From: Camelus ferus
Taxonomy: Eukaryota
Length of the DNA: 64,000 nt
Assembly (NCBI RefSeq): GCF_009834535.1
Contig: NC_045701.1
Coordinates: 31,806,001 to 31,870,000 of the forward strand
Reading direction: 5' to 3'
Part shown: in pieces, positions 54,701 to 64,000 of the stretch
Layout of the letters: each line of letters starts with the position of its first letter
Position numbering within the stretch: the first letter of the stretch is position 1
The notes under the pieces: model-generated
Seen by the model: the letters and a program-made list of their open reading frames with translations, nothing else
Database searches by the model: none
What the model was told of the DNA's origin: nothing
Position numbers and translations under genes: made by a program

Positions 54701-56337
54701 CATGGTATGAGTGGGTTGCAGCATTAGCAGACAGGAGGCTAACCTTGCGGACAGTGAGGAGCCCATCTCGACCCTGGGAGTCTGTGCTGATGCTGAAGGC
54801 CTCGGACCCCTCCCCGTCCAGGATGCTGTAGGCCATGAGGGCGTTGTCCCCCAGGTCTGGGTCCTGGGCCCGCAGCCGGCCCACCAGGGTGCCCGGCCCA
54901 GCGGTCTCCACCACGGAGAACTGGTACAGGCCTTGGGGTGGATGGAGAGAGACGTTCTTAGAGAGGTCCTCAGCTCTCCTCCCTCCCCCAGCTCCTCCTT
55001 CTCCCAGGCCTGGCTGGGGGAGGGGTGGGGAGGGCAGCCTTCTCCTGAGGCTGTAGGGATGGGGTGGTCAAAGGATGGCTTAGGCAGCAGCACTGGCCCC
55101 TTACTCTGAGGGAACTTGGGGGGGTTGTCGTTGACATCGCTGAGGGTGACCGTCACTGTAGTGCTGCCCGACAGCCCCCCCATGTGGCCGCCCATGTCCT
55201 TGGCCTGAATCACCACCAAGAACTCCTCCTGTGTCTCACGGTCCATGTTGGGGATGGCGGTCCGCACCACTCCTAGGGAGAGAGGATGGGTCAGGGGGTG
55301 CCTGTTCCCACGGCTGCCCCACTCATCTCCTGGGCTCTATTCTCACCAGTCTGGGGGTCCACAGAGAAGAAAGGCAGTCCATCCAGCACGGTGTACACCA
55401 GCTTGGCGCTGTTCCCATAGCTGGGGTCATCGGCATCGTGGGCGGTCACCTGGATCACTGATGTCCCTGTGGGGGATTCCCGGCACCCCACTCAGCAAGG
55501 GGCAGAGTCGAGTGGGGAAGAACAGCAGATGAGGGGGACCCAGACGTAAATGGGGCTGAATTGAAGGAGGTAGGTTCTGAGGCAGAAAGCAGTGGGGGGA
55601 AGAGAGGTGACGGCAAGCTAGGAGATGGGATCTGGAGCATCCAGACTTGGGGTACTCACCAACGTTGGACATCTCGGGCACTGTGGCGTGGTAGGGCCCG
55701 AGGGGAAAGATGGGAGGATTGTCATTGATGTCTTGCACCTTGATGATGAACTCTGATGGGGGCTCCAGGGGTCGGTTCGAGGCTCGGTCTACGGCTTGGG
55801 CCAGTAGCACATACTGTGCCTTCTCTTCCCGGTCCAGGCTCTTGGTGACATGGATATTGCCTGTGGCCTCGTCAATCACAAACACGGTGCCTGCTCCCTC
55901 TCCGGTCAGCAGGTACTTGGTGCGGCCCTCGCCCCTGTCCACATCCGAGTGCAGCTGTAAGGGTCAGGGGAAGATGGCAGCGGGTTCCAAGCACAGGGAC
56001 AGAAAGGTAAGGAGTCTAAGTCTAGGACTGGGTGGAGTGCTGGGAGTCCTGAGGGACCAAGGTCATTGCAGAAGTGATGAAGCTGGAGCGCAGGGCCTTG
56101 AGAGTCAGGGTAGACACGGGAAGGGTTGATCCTTACCTTGCCAATAAGGACAGGCTCTGGTCCAGCATATTCCTCAATGACAAAGAACTGATTCCACACC
56201 CAGCTCCTTCGGGTCCGAAGCAGTGCTGGTCCTGGGGCCCCCCGGGACCCTGCCCAAGCCCGGGCTGGGGCTGCCAGGCGCCCCATGCAGCCCCAGCCAC
56301 CCAACCAGGCCAGCAGGAGCCTCACCAGGCCCCACAT
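48941..56337 (-). CDS. CDH24: Cadherin-24 (type II cadherin), short isoform, 781 aa; join 56337-56137, 55954-55660, 55466-55347, 55272-55105, 54931-54744, 54407-54154, 53188-53052, 50718-50597, 50517-50406, 50186-49938, 49440-48941
   Basis: Exons total 2346 nt, all GT-AG and phase-consistent. Signal/pro-peptide ends RTRR|SWVWNQF; five EC repeats with LDRE and DxNDN motifs; TM segment; catenin-binding tail. Confidence 0.97.
49938..50186 (-). CDS. CDH24: CDH24 coding exon 10
   Basis: [11 protein letters not shown]...[14 protein letters not shown](A); start of the TM segment. Confidence 0.95.
50406..50517 (-). CDS. CDH24: CDH24 coding exon 9
   Basis: [15 protein letters not shown]...FTIRDNR(D). 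Confidence 0.95.
50597..50718 (-). CDS. CDH24: CDH24 coding exon 8
   Basis: [23 protein letters not shown]...AAPGQ. Confidence 0.95.
51711..51754. repeat. (CA)22 microsatellite in a CDH24 intron
   Basis: Read directly. Confidence 0.95.
52590..52702 (-). pseudogene. Degenerate homolog of the CDH24 long-isoform (38-aa insert) exon
   Basis: Polypyrimidine tract plus AG acceptor at 52703/52702. An off-phase frame reads [20 protein letters not shown], resembling the remembered human insert ERGWVPLLVAEWSAPAAPPQ. The in-phase frame hits TGA at 52700-52698. Confidence 0.6.
53052..53188 (-). CDS. CDH24: CDH24 coding exon 7
   Basis: [13 protein letters not shown]...[18 protein letters not shown](D). 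Confidence 0.95.
54154..54407 (-). CDS. CDH24: CDH24 coding exon 6
   Basis: [16 protein letters not shown]...DLDSPASPI(R). Confidence 0.95.
54744..54931 (-). CDS. CDH24: CDH24 coding exon 5
   Basis: [13 protein letters not shown]...GLLTVRK. Confidence 0.95.
55105..55272 (-). CDS. CDH24: CDH24 coding exon 4
   Basis: [16 protein letters not shown]...[11 protein letters not shown](S). Confidence 0.95.
55347..55466 (-). CDS. CDH24: CDH24 coding exon 3
   Basis: [18 protein letters not shown]...SVDPQT(G). Confidence 0.95.
55660..55954 (-). CDS. CDH24: CDH24 coding exon 2
   Basis: [14 protein letters not shown]...DINDNPPIF...EMSNV(G). Confidence 0.95.
56137..56337 (-). CDS. CDH24: CDH24 coding exon 1
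   Basis: [11 protein letters not shown]...EPVLIGK|GTAAGG. Confidence 0.95.
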
Positions 56338-57879
56338 GTTTGGGCTCCAGCCCGGGCTCTGTTTACTGACCCCAGAGGCTGAGGCATGAGCTGGCTGGGG
56401 CAGAGAGGCAGATGCGTTGTGGTTACCCCATGGATCCACACCTGTAGGACAGGTAGCTGTTCAGGATCAAATCAAGGAAACCCTTAATGGCCACCCTCCC
56501 CCAAAGTTAGATGTTGAAGACCAGACCTCCAAGGAACCAGACACCCCACTGCCCAGAACCCAGACTAAGACAGAGAGCAGACAGTCTGAGCTTTCCCTCC
56601 ACCCAGGCCCTGCCTGTATTCACCTCCAGCCCTCCAAGCTGATAAATCTCTGGCTAGTCAACTCTGAGTAGAGAAGCTTGGAAAGAAAATAAGAGAGGGG
56701 ATAATGGGAGGGCTTGGAACCCCAAATCTGGCCCCTTCCTCCCAGGGTGGGCATACAGCTGGGGCTGGAGGAGATGGGGGCTACCAGGGAAAGGAACTTA
56801 AAATCCAGGGGTTGGGATTCATGGAGGTGTGGTCTCAGGGTGACTAGGGTCAGGATGGGATGACAAGGAGTGCAGCCTAAGACAGGGCTGAGAGCCTGAG
56901 AAAGTCCCTCCTCCACGGGGAACCCCGCCTCTCCAGAACCTGCCCCCAGAACACTGCTAGCTGAAGTCCTTGAAGGGGGATTGGGCTCATGAGGCAGAAT
57001 GGGGGGGGGGGGGAGGCAGAGCTGAAAAAAGAGGGGCAGTAGAAGCCAGGAGACTGGGGAGGGGGAGCAGAGGCAGACCCATAGGCCAGAGACACAATGT
57101 GATTGAGGGTGAGACCAAGACTCAGGGACTGTCCGCTGAGACAGAGACAGAATGGCAGCAAGAGAAAGGAGGAAAGAAATCAAAAGAGGCAGCGCAGAAG
57201 TCTGAAAGGCAGAGAGGAGTCACAGGTATCAAGCTTGGGAATGGGTGGGAGGCTGGCAGGGGGACTTGCGGTATGTGTGCTGGGCAGAAATGGGCTGCTT
57301 CGGCTGCAAGGGTCAGAGCAGGCCGCCCCGGCGCGGAACTTCATTCTGGGAGAGGGAGCAGCCAGGAGGGGCTGCAGGAAGGAAGCTAGAGAGAGGACTC
57401 TTCCCACCGCTGTCTCCTCCCTCTCCTCCTAGAGGGGACCCCTCAGGTGGCTGTGGCTGCGCCCCTCCTCCTCCAGAGCAGACACACACCTGACAGTCTT
57501 TTCCTTCCCGATGTAAGAGGGAAGCCGGAGGGAAGCCGGGGACCAGAGAGGGAGGCGGGACGAGGAGAAGGAAAGGGATAGAGGAGTGGGAAACAGGAGG
57601 TGAGGAGAGGGAAGGAACCGAGGAAGGCAAGGCGAGCGGGCAAAGGAAAAGACAGAAAAGGAGAGAAAGGTAAAGGAAGAAAACGGCAAAGAGGAAGAGG
57701 AGATGAGAAAAGACAGGGCAAGAGAGAGGAAAAAGGGTTGGGAGACAAGCAGGAAGGGGCAGAGAAGGCAAACAGGCGGAGAGAAGGCAGGGTGAAGAAA
57801 AATCGAGGGAGAGGAAAATGGGGAAAAGAGGAAGAGAGGTGCGAGGGAAGAAGGGAAAGCGATAGAGCGCGGGAGAAGG

Positions 57880-58720
57880 GAGCCGGCAGTGGGCTCCCAG
57901 ACGCGGAGCGCACCGCTCGGAAGACACCCGCAGGCTGCGGGCCCCCCTGCTGCCCCTCCGCGGATCCCCGACCGCGGGCTCCAGGGCGGGCGCCCTTACC
58001 TGGCAGTGCCGAGGGGCCCAGCCCGGCGGGGAGCGCCCCCGCCCGCCCCCGTCGCCGGGTCCCGGGGGCGCAGCCNNNNNNNNNNNNNNNNNNNNNNNNN
58101 NNNNNNNNNNNNNNNNNNNNNNNNNNNNNNNNNNNNNNNNNNNNNNNNNNNNNNNNNNNNNNNNNNNNNNNNNNNNNNNNNNNNNNNNNNNNNNNNNNNN
58201 NNNNNNNNNNNNNNNNNNNNNNNNNNNNNNNNNNNNNNNNNNNNNNNNNNNNNNNCGCGGCGGGGGCGGAGGCGGTGCCTGGTGCCCGCCCCCTCGGCGC
58301 TGCCGGGCCGCCGGGCGCATACAGATGCGGAGCCCCTCCCGGGCCGGGCCCGCAGGGCCCGGAGGGGCACCCGGGCGGGAGGGCGTCCGGGCCACGGCGC
58401 CAGGCCGTTTCCGAAGAGCCGGCGGGGAGGGCGCACCCGCACGCCCCCCACAGCGGGGCGAAAGGCGAGCGCGCCGTGAGGTGGGGACTCAGGAGCCCAC
58501 TGCGGAGGCCCGGCTCCGCGCTCCCGGACCGGCCTTGAGGGCTGCTGTGTACCCCGGCTGTGAGGCGGCCCCGTTCTGGGAGCCCGTGCAGAGCAGGGTG
58601 GCGGGCCTGCTGGGGGCGCTTAAACAAGGCAGCTTGATCCAGGGAGTCCACAGGCTGGGCCCAGGGAACAGGTCAGGGACCGAGGCACATCGGCGGGAGG
58701 GCGCCGAGGTGAGGAGCGGA
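57880..58720 (-). promoter_or_regulatory. CDH24 CpG island with probable non-coding exon 1
   Basis: Very GC/CpG-rich. Strong donor CAG|GTAAGG at 58000/57999 pairs with acceptor TACAG|G at 56442/56441 upstream of the ATG. Partly hidden by gap 58076-58255. Confidence 0.7.
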
Positions 58721-59675
58721 GCCTTTTGGGGAAGCTCATTTACAGGAGCCTACTGAGCGAGCGCCTGCCGCCCCCTGGTGGCAGTTGTGGGAGGCACCTT
58801 GAAGGTGGCAAGCAGGTGACCAAATGCCTCTAGTACAGGACCGGGAGCCCTGAAACGGAACTTCCTCTTCCCAGGGGGTCTTTCCCTCTATTCTCGTGAG
58901 GAGGATCCACAGGTGCGGTGTGGTTAGAGCCCAGGCAGGGATGGAGGGCGGGAAGCCTCTGCTCCAGGAAGCAGCCTGCCTAAGTGTATGGAATGCAAGC
59001 AACGCTGCCACCTCCTCAAAATTTGGCTCTCACCCAGGCCCTGCGCAAGGAAAGCNNNNNNNNNNNNNNNNNNNNNNNNNNNNNNNNNNNNNNNNNNNNN
59101 NNNNNNNNNNNNNNNNNNNNNNNNNNNNNNNNNNNNNNNNNNNNNNNNNNNNNNNNNNNNNNNNNNNNNNNNNNNNNNNNNNNNNNNNNNNNNNNNNNNN
59201 NNNNNNNNNNNNNNNNNNNNNNNNNNNNNNNNNNNNNNNNNNNNNNNNNNNNNNNNNNNNNNNNNNNNNNNNNNNNNNNNNNNNNNNNNNNNNNNNNNNN
59301 NNNNNNNNNNNNNTACCAAAGGAGGTGGTGAGCAGGATGGAGGAAAATGAGAGAGGTTTGGGGCTCCAGGTTGCTCCCCACCTCTGGGCCAACCACCTCT
59401 CTCCCTAACCTAGCTCTTCCCTCTCACAGACTTAATGGGAAATGAGACGGAGGAGAGGGCTAGGTCTCAAGAGATAGATTACGGCGGTGGGGGCGAGATG
59501 GCCACTGCTCCATTTGGTATGTGGGGACAGGTGGCAGCCATACTTCAGCACTGGGCAAATGGTGTTAAAGACCCCTGGTTCCAGGGTGATGGAGATTGTA
59601 CCTATCCCTCTGTGGCCTTGAACCCCCCTGGGGCAGGGTGGCAGATGCCTGCAGCTCTCCCTAGTGTTTCCCCAG

Positions 59676-60002
59676 CTAGCGGCGCCCACCCCGGTCCCGC
59701 ACCGGCGTGCTCCGACTCCGGCTCCTGCTGTGGCGCTTGGTGTCTCTGCGGTCCCTCTCCCTGCCTCGTTCCCGGTCCCTCTCCCTCTCCCGATCTCTAT
59801 CCCCCCTGTCCCGCTCCCTGTCCCTCTCTCTCTCCCTGTCCCTCTCTCGGCTGTGCTCTCGCCGCTTCTCCCGCTCCAGCTGTCTGGTCCGTTCCCGCTC
59901 GGCCTCCTTCTCCCGTTCCTTCTGCTCTTCCTCTTCCTGCTCCTTTCGCCGCTTCTCCCGCTCCTTGGCCCGTTCAGCCCGCTCGGCCTCCTTCTGAACA
60001 AT
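59676..60002 (-). CDS. ACIN1: ACIN1 last coding exon
   Basis: CAG|[14 protein letters not shown]...[14 protein letters not shown]; 327 nt. Confidence 0.96.
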   Translation of the reverse strand: MVQKEAERAERAKEREKRRKEQEEEEQKEREKEAERERTRQLEREKRREHSRERDRERERDRERDRGDRDRERERDRERGRERDRRDTKRHSRSRSRSTPVRDRGGRR

Positions 60003-60439
60003 CTGCATCAGGCAGGGAAGGCAGAGAACAGGCATCTCAGCCCCACCTGGTCTCCTATACCCTAGCTTGGGGTCACTGTCAGCTTTGCTGTTATGCAGAA
60101 AAGGGGGAGGAGGGTCTCAGCAATCACATCCATCCTTGTCTCAGAGCCCCAAGCCCTCCCAGTTTTCTCCTTTTATGCCCACGACAGGTAGTGGCACCAT
60201 CCCTGCCTGACCTCTGGTATTTCCCGAGCTACTTAAATGTGAACAAAAATCTCTCTTCTCTTTAGTTGAATAGCATAAGCCAAAAATTCCCAAAAGGTCC
60301 ATAACAAAGAAACCTAAAAGCAGAGGGGAGAAGAGTATATAGCTCAGTGGTAGAGCCCATGCTTAGCATACATGTGATGTCCTGGGTTCAATGCCCAGAA
60401 CATCCATTAAAAATAAACAGGCCTAACTACTTCCCCCAC

Positions 60440-60471
<32 letters not shown>

Positions 60472-63400
60472 GGGCAGAAAAATGAATGAGTTTAGAAAAC
60501 ACAAGATTTCTCAGCTAACTAAAGTCAATTTCTGTGAAGCACGGTTGGCACAGCCAGATTCCTGAGACACACACACACAGTTCTGATTTCTGTGTTTACC
60601 TCCACCTTCTTGGGTCTGGCTCCTCTGTGGTGTCCTCAACTAACTGGGCCTTAAAGCTGCCTCTTTTGTGATGCTTAATTTCTTCCTTACTATCCTAAAC
60701 CAATACCTGGGCCTACTCACACTCTAGTCACATGACTCTCCCCCTGCTCGGCCCCCAAGTCTTGATGCAGCTCTGAGCAGGGCAGGAAGGCAGGCACTCA
60801 CCTGGCTGTCAGTTAGTGGGAGCCAATAGATGCAGGGAGCTGCCTTGGTCTTACGGAAAAGGTCGTCCAGCAGCTTGGCAGGTGGTTCCTCCTGAGCTTT
60901 TTCTGAGGTGGAAGAAAGTGAGTCATAAGACCCTGTGTCCCATCCCATTTGGGTCCCTTTCCCACCTTCTAGTGGGTATGCACCCTCCCCCCGCAAGCNN
61001 NNNNNNNNNNNNNNNNNNNNNNNNNNNNNNNNNNNNNNNNNNNNNNNNNNNNNNNNNNNNNNNNNNNNNNNNNNNNNNNNNNNNNNNNNNNNNNNNNNNN
61101 NNNNNNNNNNNNNNNNNNNNNNNNNNNNNNNNNNNNNNCCCGCCGCTCCATTTCCCGCTCCCGCTCTGCCCACTGTTCCCGCACCGCCCGCTCCTGCTCC
61201 CGCTGCTCTGCCCTGGGGTGCTGTGGTGGCTGGGCTGGGGGCGGGGGCGGGGGGTGCAGCGGCCGTGGTACTCCCTGCTCCTCTGTCTTTGTTTCAGAGG
61301 GACGGTCCACCAAGAGGCCTCGGTGATAATCCAGCTGCAGGCAGAGGAGGGACAAGGACAGTCAGGATGGAGATGACATCACTCCCACTGAAGGAGCCCA
61401 GGTACCAGTGAACAGATTTTGGAGTCCCATGGTTCAACTAAAGGAACCAAAGGGGAGGGAGAAGGAATCTCAGTGACGACAGGCTTGGCCAGGATCTCAG
61501 CTGGAACCTAGCAGATGATAGCCTCCTCTGCCCTCCACCCCCTTCCCTTGGTTTCTTACCTCATCTTGCTCAGCATAGTCAGCACAAAGGAATTTGGGAT
61601 TGGACTGGGGCCATTTGACCCCATGTAGAGCTGTGCGGGTGGCAACTGCTTCCTCTACTGTTGAATACTAATGGAGGAAGGGAGGAGGCAGAGGGTCACA
61701 ACAGGCCTTCAATCCCTCCCACTTGCCACAACACCCTCAAACCTGCCCACATTGGTCACAAAAGGAAATACAGGCCATAACCTAGAGAATCAGCTCCTTC
61801 CCCTCACCGTTACAAAGCAGTGAGATTTGATCTTGTCGATCCAGAAAGCCTCTTCCACCAGAGTTCCTGTACGCCCCAACAATTCCTTCAGTTGGCCTAA
61901 AGTGAAGGGACGAACCTGCCAATGAAAATGGAATTTCAGGATCTTGAAGAAGGCAAGAACAATACTCTTAGAACCAGTTCGAAGATTCCCACACCACTGC
62001 GACAGTATAGCTTCAAAGTTTGGGCAAGGCCAGAGAGGTCAGGAACCCTCTAGCACGAATGTGAGAAGAGCAGTTACACTGACTGTGACATCATGGGCCA
62101 GGCCCTCTGCAAGACAACCCTGCAGGGTGATACTTTTTTCTCCCCATTTTTCAGATGAGGAGACGGGTCATGAGGTTAAGTAACTCACTCGGAGTCAATT
62201 AGTGAGTAACTGGCAGTTCTAGGAGTTGAACCTAAGAAACCTGAGTCTGAAGCTCAGACTCTGAGCCAAGCTGCACTGTGGGAAACAATGACTTACCAAG
62301 TTGGAGATGTGGACGATGTTACTGATCTTGCCCCGGGGTGGGGAGGGCACCTGAGCAGTCCGGACTGGGTCATCAATCGTAATGGAAACTCCAGACTTCT
62401 GCTGGCTAATGGAACGTCGAGTTAAGGTATCTCCTAAAGTCACTATCAAATAGAGCACATGAATGGTTTTCAGCAGGGCTCAATGCTGGCTCTCTCACCT
62501 CCAGCAGAACTTTTAATCCCCTACCAGTAGTCACTCTTCCATCTAAATGTGCTGAGCACCTACACTGTGCAAGGGACTGTCCAGGCTGATCTCCTCATTA
62601 TGGAGACGCAAAGATTAAACAGATTCCAACCTAGCCCTCAAGTAGCTTGATAACTAGGAGGAGAAGATAAGACAGATGTGTAAAATACTAGAACAGAAGG
62701 CAGAAAACATTAAATGCTTTAAAACAGGTCCAAATGAAGTGCTCTGGGAATTCAGGGAGCCGCCCGATATTTCACTCACAATGCTGCACCCACCTTTCTT
62801 TACTTCATGCTCCACAGGTGGGGGCAAGGCCACCTCTACAGAGACCTGGGGAGGTACAGGGGCTTCTGCTTCAGGCTCCTTCTCTTCTTCCTCCTCTTCC
62901 CTCTGCCCGTTCTCCTGGCCCTCGGCAGGTACCACCTGTAAGGTATCAGGTTACGGAGGAATTCTTAAACACCAAACTGGCACAGCCTCTGGATTCCTTG
63001 CGGGGAGATTTCATCATTAGCGTCACCTCCACCAGATCCTGGGATTGTTAATGCCTCTAAGTCTGCCATGAGGAAAACTAAAGCAGGAGTTGGCAATTTT
63101 TTTTCTGAATAAGGCAAGATATTAAACACTGCAGGCTTTGTGATCATAAAGTTGCAACTATTCAACTCTGACTATAGCACTTAAGTGGTCACAGATGAGA
63201 GAAAATGAACTGGTGTTGCTGTATTCTAATAAAACCTTTATTACAGGCAAAAGGTTACAACTGGTAGTCAGCTGACTCCTGCAAGGGCCAATTAACCCAA
63301 CCCTCAGCACAGATGGGAGATTTCCTTTCTAGGACTCTGCCTTAGCTCCTCACTCAGTTGCCTGCTCTGCACCCATGGCCCCCTCTCCTAACACTGGGGT

Positions 63401-63490
63401 GCAGGAGGCTTACCTGAGTGACAGTCCGGCATATTTTCAGCCCCTTGTCATGGGTCCCATCGTCACCATTACGCTCTGTCTCATCCTCAG
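59676..63490 (-). CDS. ACIN1: Apoptotic chromatin condensation inducer 1 (Acinus), 3' part; visible exons (gap)-63414, 62935-62794, 62442-62297, 61915-61808, 61667-61560, 61334-(gap), 60902-60802, 60002-59676
   Basis: [25 protein letters not shown]; RRM ([21 protein letters not shown]...); DE|LD caspase-3 site across a junction; RSB motif [22 protein letters not shown]; RE/RD/RS tail ending RDRGGRR*. Gaps 60999-61138, 63491-63630 and 63666-63805 hide coding sequence. Confidence 0.96.
60323..60471 (+). mobile_element. Vic-1-like SINE in the last ACIN1 intron
   Basis: SINE head, 'cctaactacttcccc' element and a long A tail. Confidence 0.83.
60802..60902 (-). CDS. ACIN1: ACIN1 RSB-motif exon
   Basis: CAG|(E)[33 protein letters not shown]|GTGAGT. 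Confidence 0.95.
61139..61334 (-). CDS. ACIN1: ACIN1 exon (3' end in gap)
   Basis: CAG|[16 protein letters not shown]...EREREMERR, then Ns. Confidence 0.93.
61560..61667 (-). CDS. ACIN1: ACIN1 RRM exon
   Basis: TAG|[36 protein letters not shown]|GTAAGA. Confidence 0.94.
61808..61915 (-). CDS. ACIN1: ACIN1 RRM exon
   Basis: CAG|[36 protein letters not shown]|GTGAGG. Confidence 0.94.
62297..62442 (-). CDS. ACIN1: ACIN1 exon
   Basis: TAG|(V)[17 protein letters not shown]...IVHISNL|GTAAGT. Confidence 0.94.
62794..62935 (-). CDS. ACIN1: ACIN1 exon
   Basis: CAG|[20 protein letters not shown]...EHEVKK|GTGGGT. Confidence 0.94.
63414..63490 (-). CDS. ACIN1: ACIN1 exon (5' end in gap)
   Basis: ...[25 protein letters not shown]|GTAAGC. 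Confidence 0.92.
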
Positions 63491-64000
63491 NNNNNNNNNN
63501 NNNNNNNNNNNNNNNNNNNNNNNNNNNNNNNNNNNNNNNNNNNNNNNNNNNNNNNNNNNNNNNNNNNNNNNNNNNNNNNNNNNNNNNNNNNNNNNNNNNN
63601 NNNNNNNNNNNNNNNNNNNNNNNNNNNNNNCATCCTCCCTTCCCCAGCCCCTCCCACCTCACCTTNNNNNNNNNNNNNNNNNNNNNNNNNNNNNNNNNNN
63701 NNNNNNNNNNNNNNNNNNNNNNNNNNNNNNNNNNNNNNNNNNNNNNNNNNNNNNNNNNNNNNNNNNNNNNNNNNNNNNNNNNNNNNNNNNNNNNNNNNNN
63801 NNNNNAGAAATAGGACCCCACAGTTAGATGATCTCAGGTCCTCTGCTGGTTCACACCACAATACCCATAGATAGCCTTCGAGACTAGAACTTTAGTAAAA
63901 GGTTAACCTAAGGAAATCACATTTGGGGACTGGGGAAATCATGCTTCAGAGTAAACAATAAAAGGCCTAGAGCCACTTCCTGATAGATGAAAACTACTGA

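Noticed and set aside
57313-58651. 300-400-aa ORFs near the CDH24 promoter
   Set aside because: They are held open by an N gap, a CpG island and a purine tract; low-complexity translations.
59432-60265. 189- and 276-aa ORFs over the ACIN1 last exon
   Set aside because: Off-frame and antisense readings of the RE/RD repeat.

Overview
Eukaryotic, intron-containing mammalian DNA, almost certainly camelid: there are at least eight copies of a tRNA-Ala-derived SINE that I recognise as the camelid Vic-1 type. Gene order matches human 14q11.2: AJUBA (5' part, -), C14orf93/RTFC (-, 6 coding exons, 540 aa), PSMB5 (-, 3 exons, 263 aa), PSMB11 (+, intronless, 303 aa), CDH24 (-, 11 coding exons, 781 aa short isoform) and ACIN1 (3' part, -). 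I rebuilt the exon chains by hand; every junction visible outside the N gaps is GT-AG and phase-consistent. Nine N gaps hide parts of ACIN1, the CDH24 5' exon and a possible retrocopy. I found no new multi-gene system. The best leads are: a frameshifted, stop-containing remnant of the CDH24 long-isoform exon beside UG-rich intron sequence; back-to-back AATAAA signals between convergent PSMB11 and CDH24; a solo ERV LTR with a broken polyA signal after PSMB11; a coding hexamer expansion and a Glu27 substitution in PSMB11; an unidentified mRNA-like insert at about 22.0-24.2 kb; and uORFs in three 5' leaders. All orthologue comparisons are from memory, not database searches.
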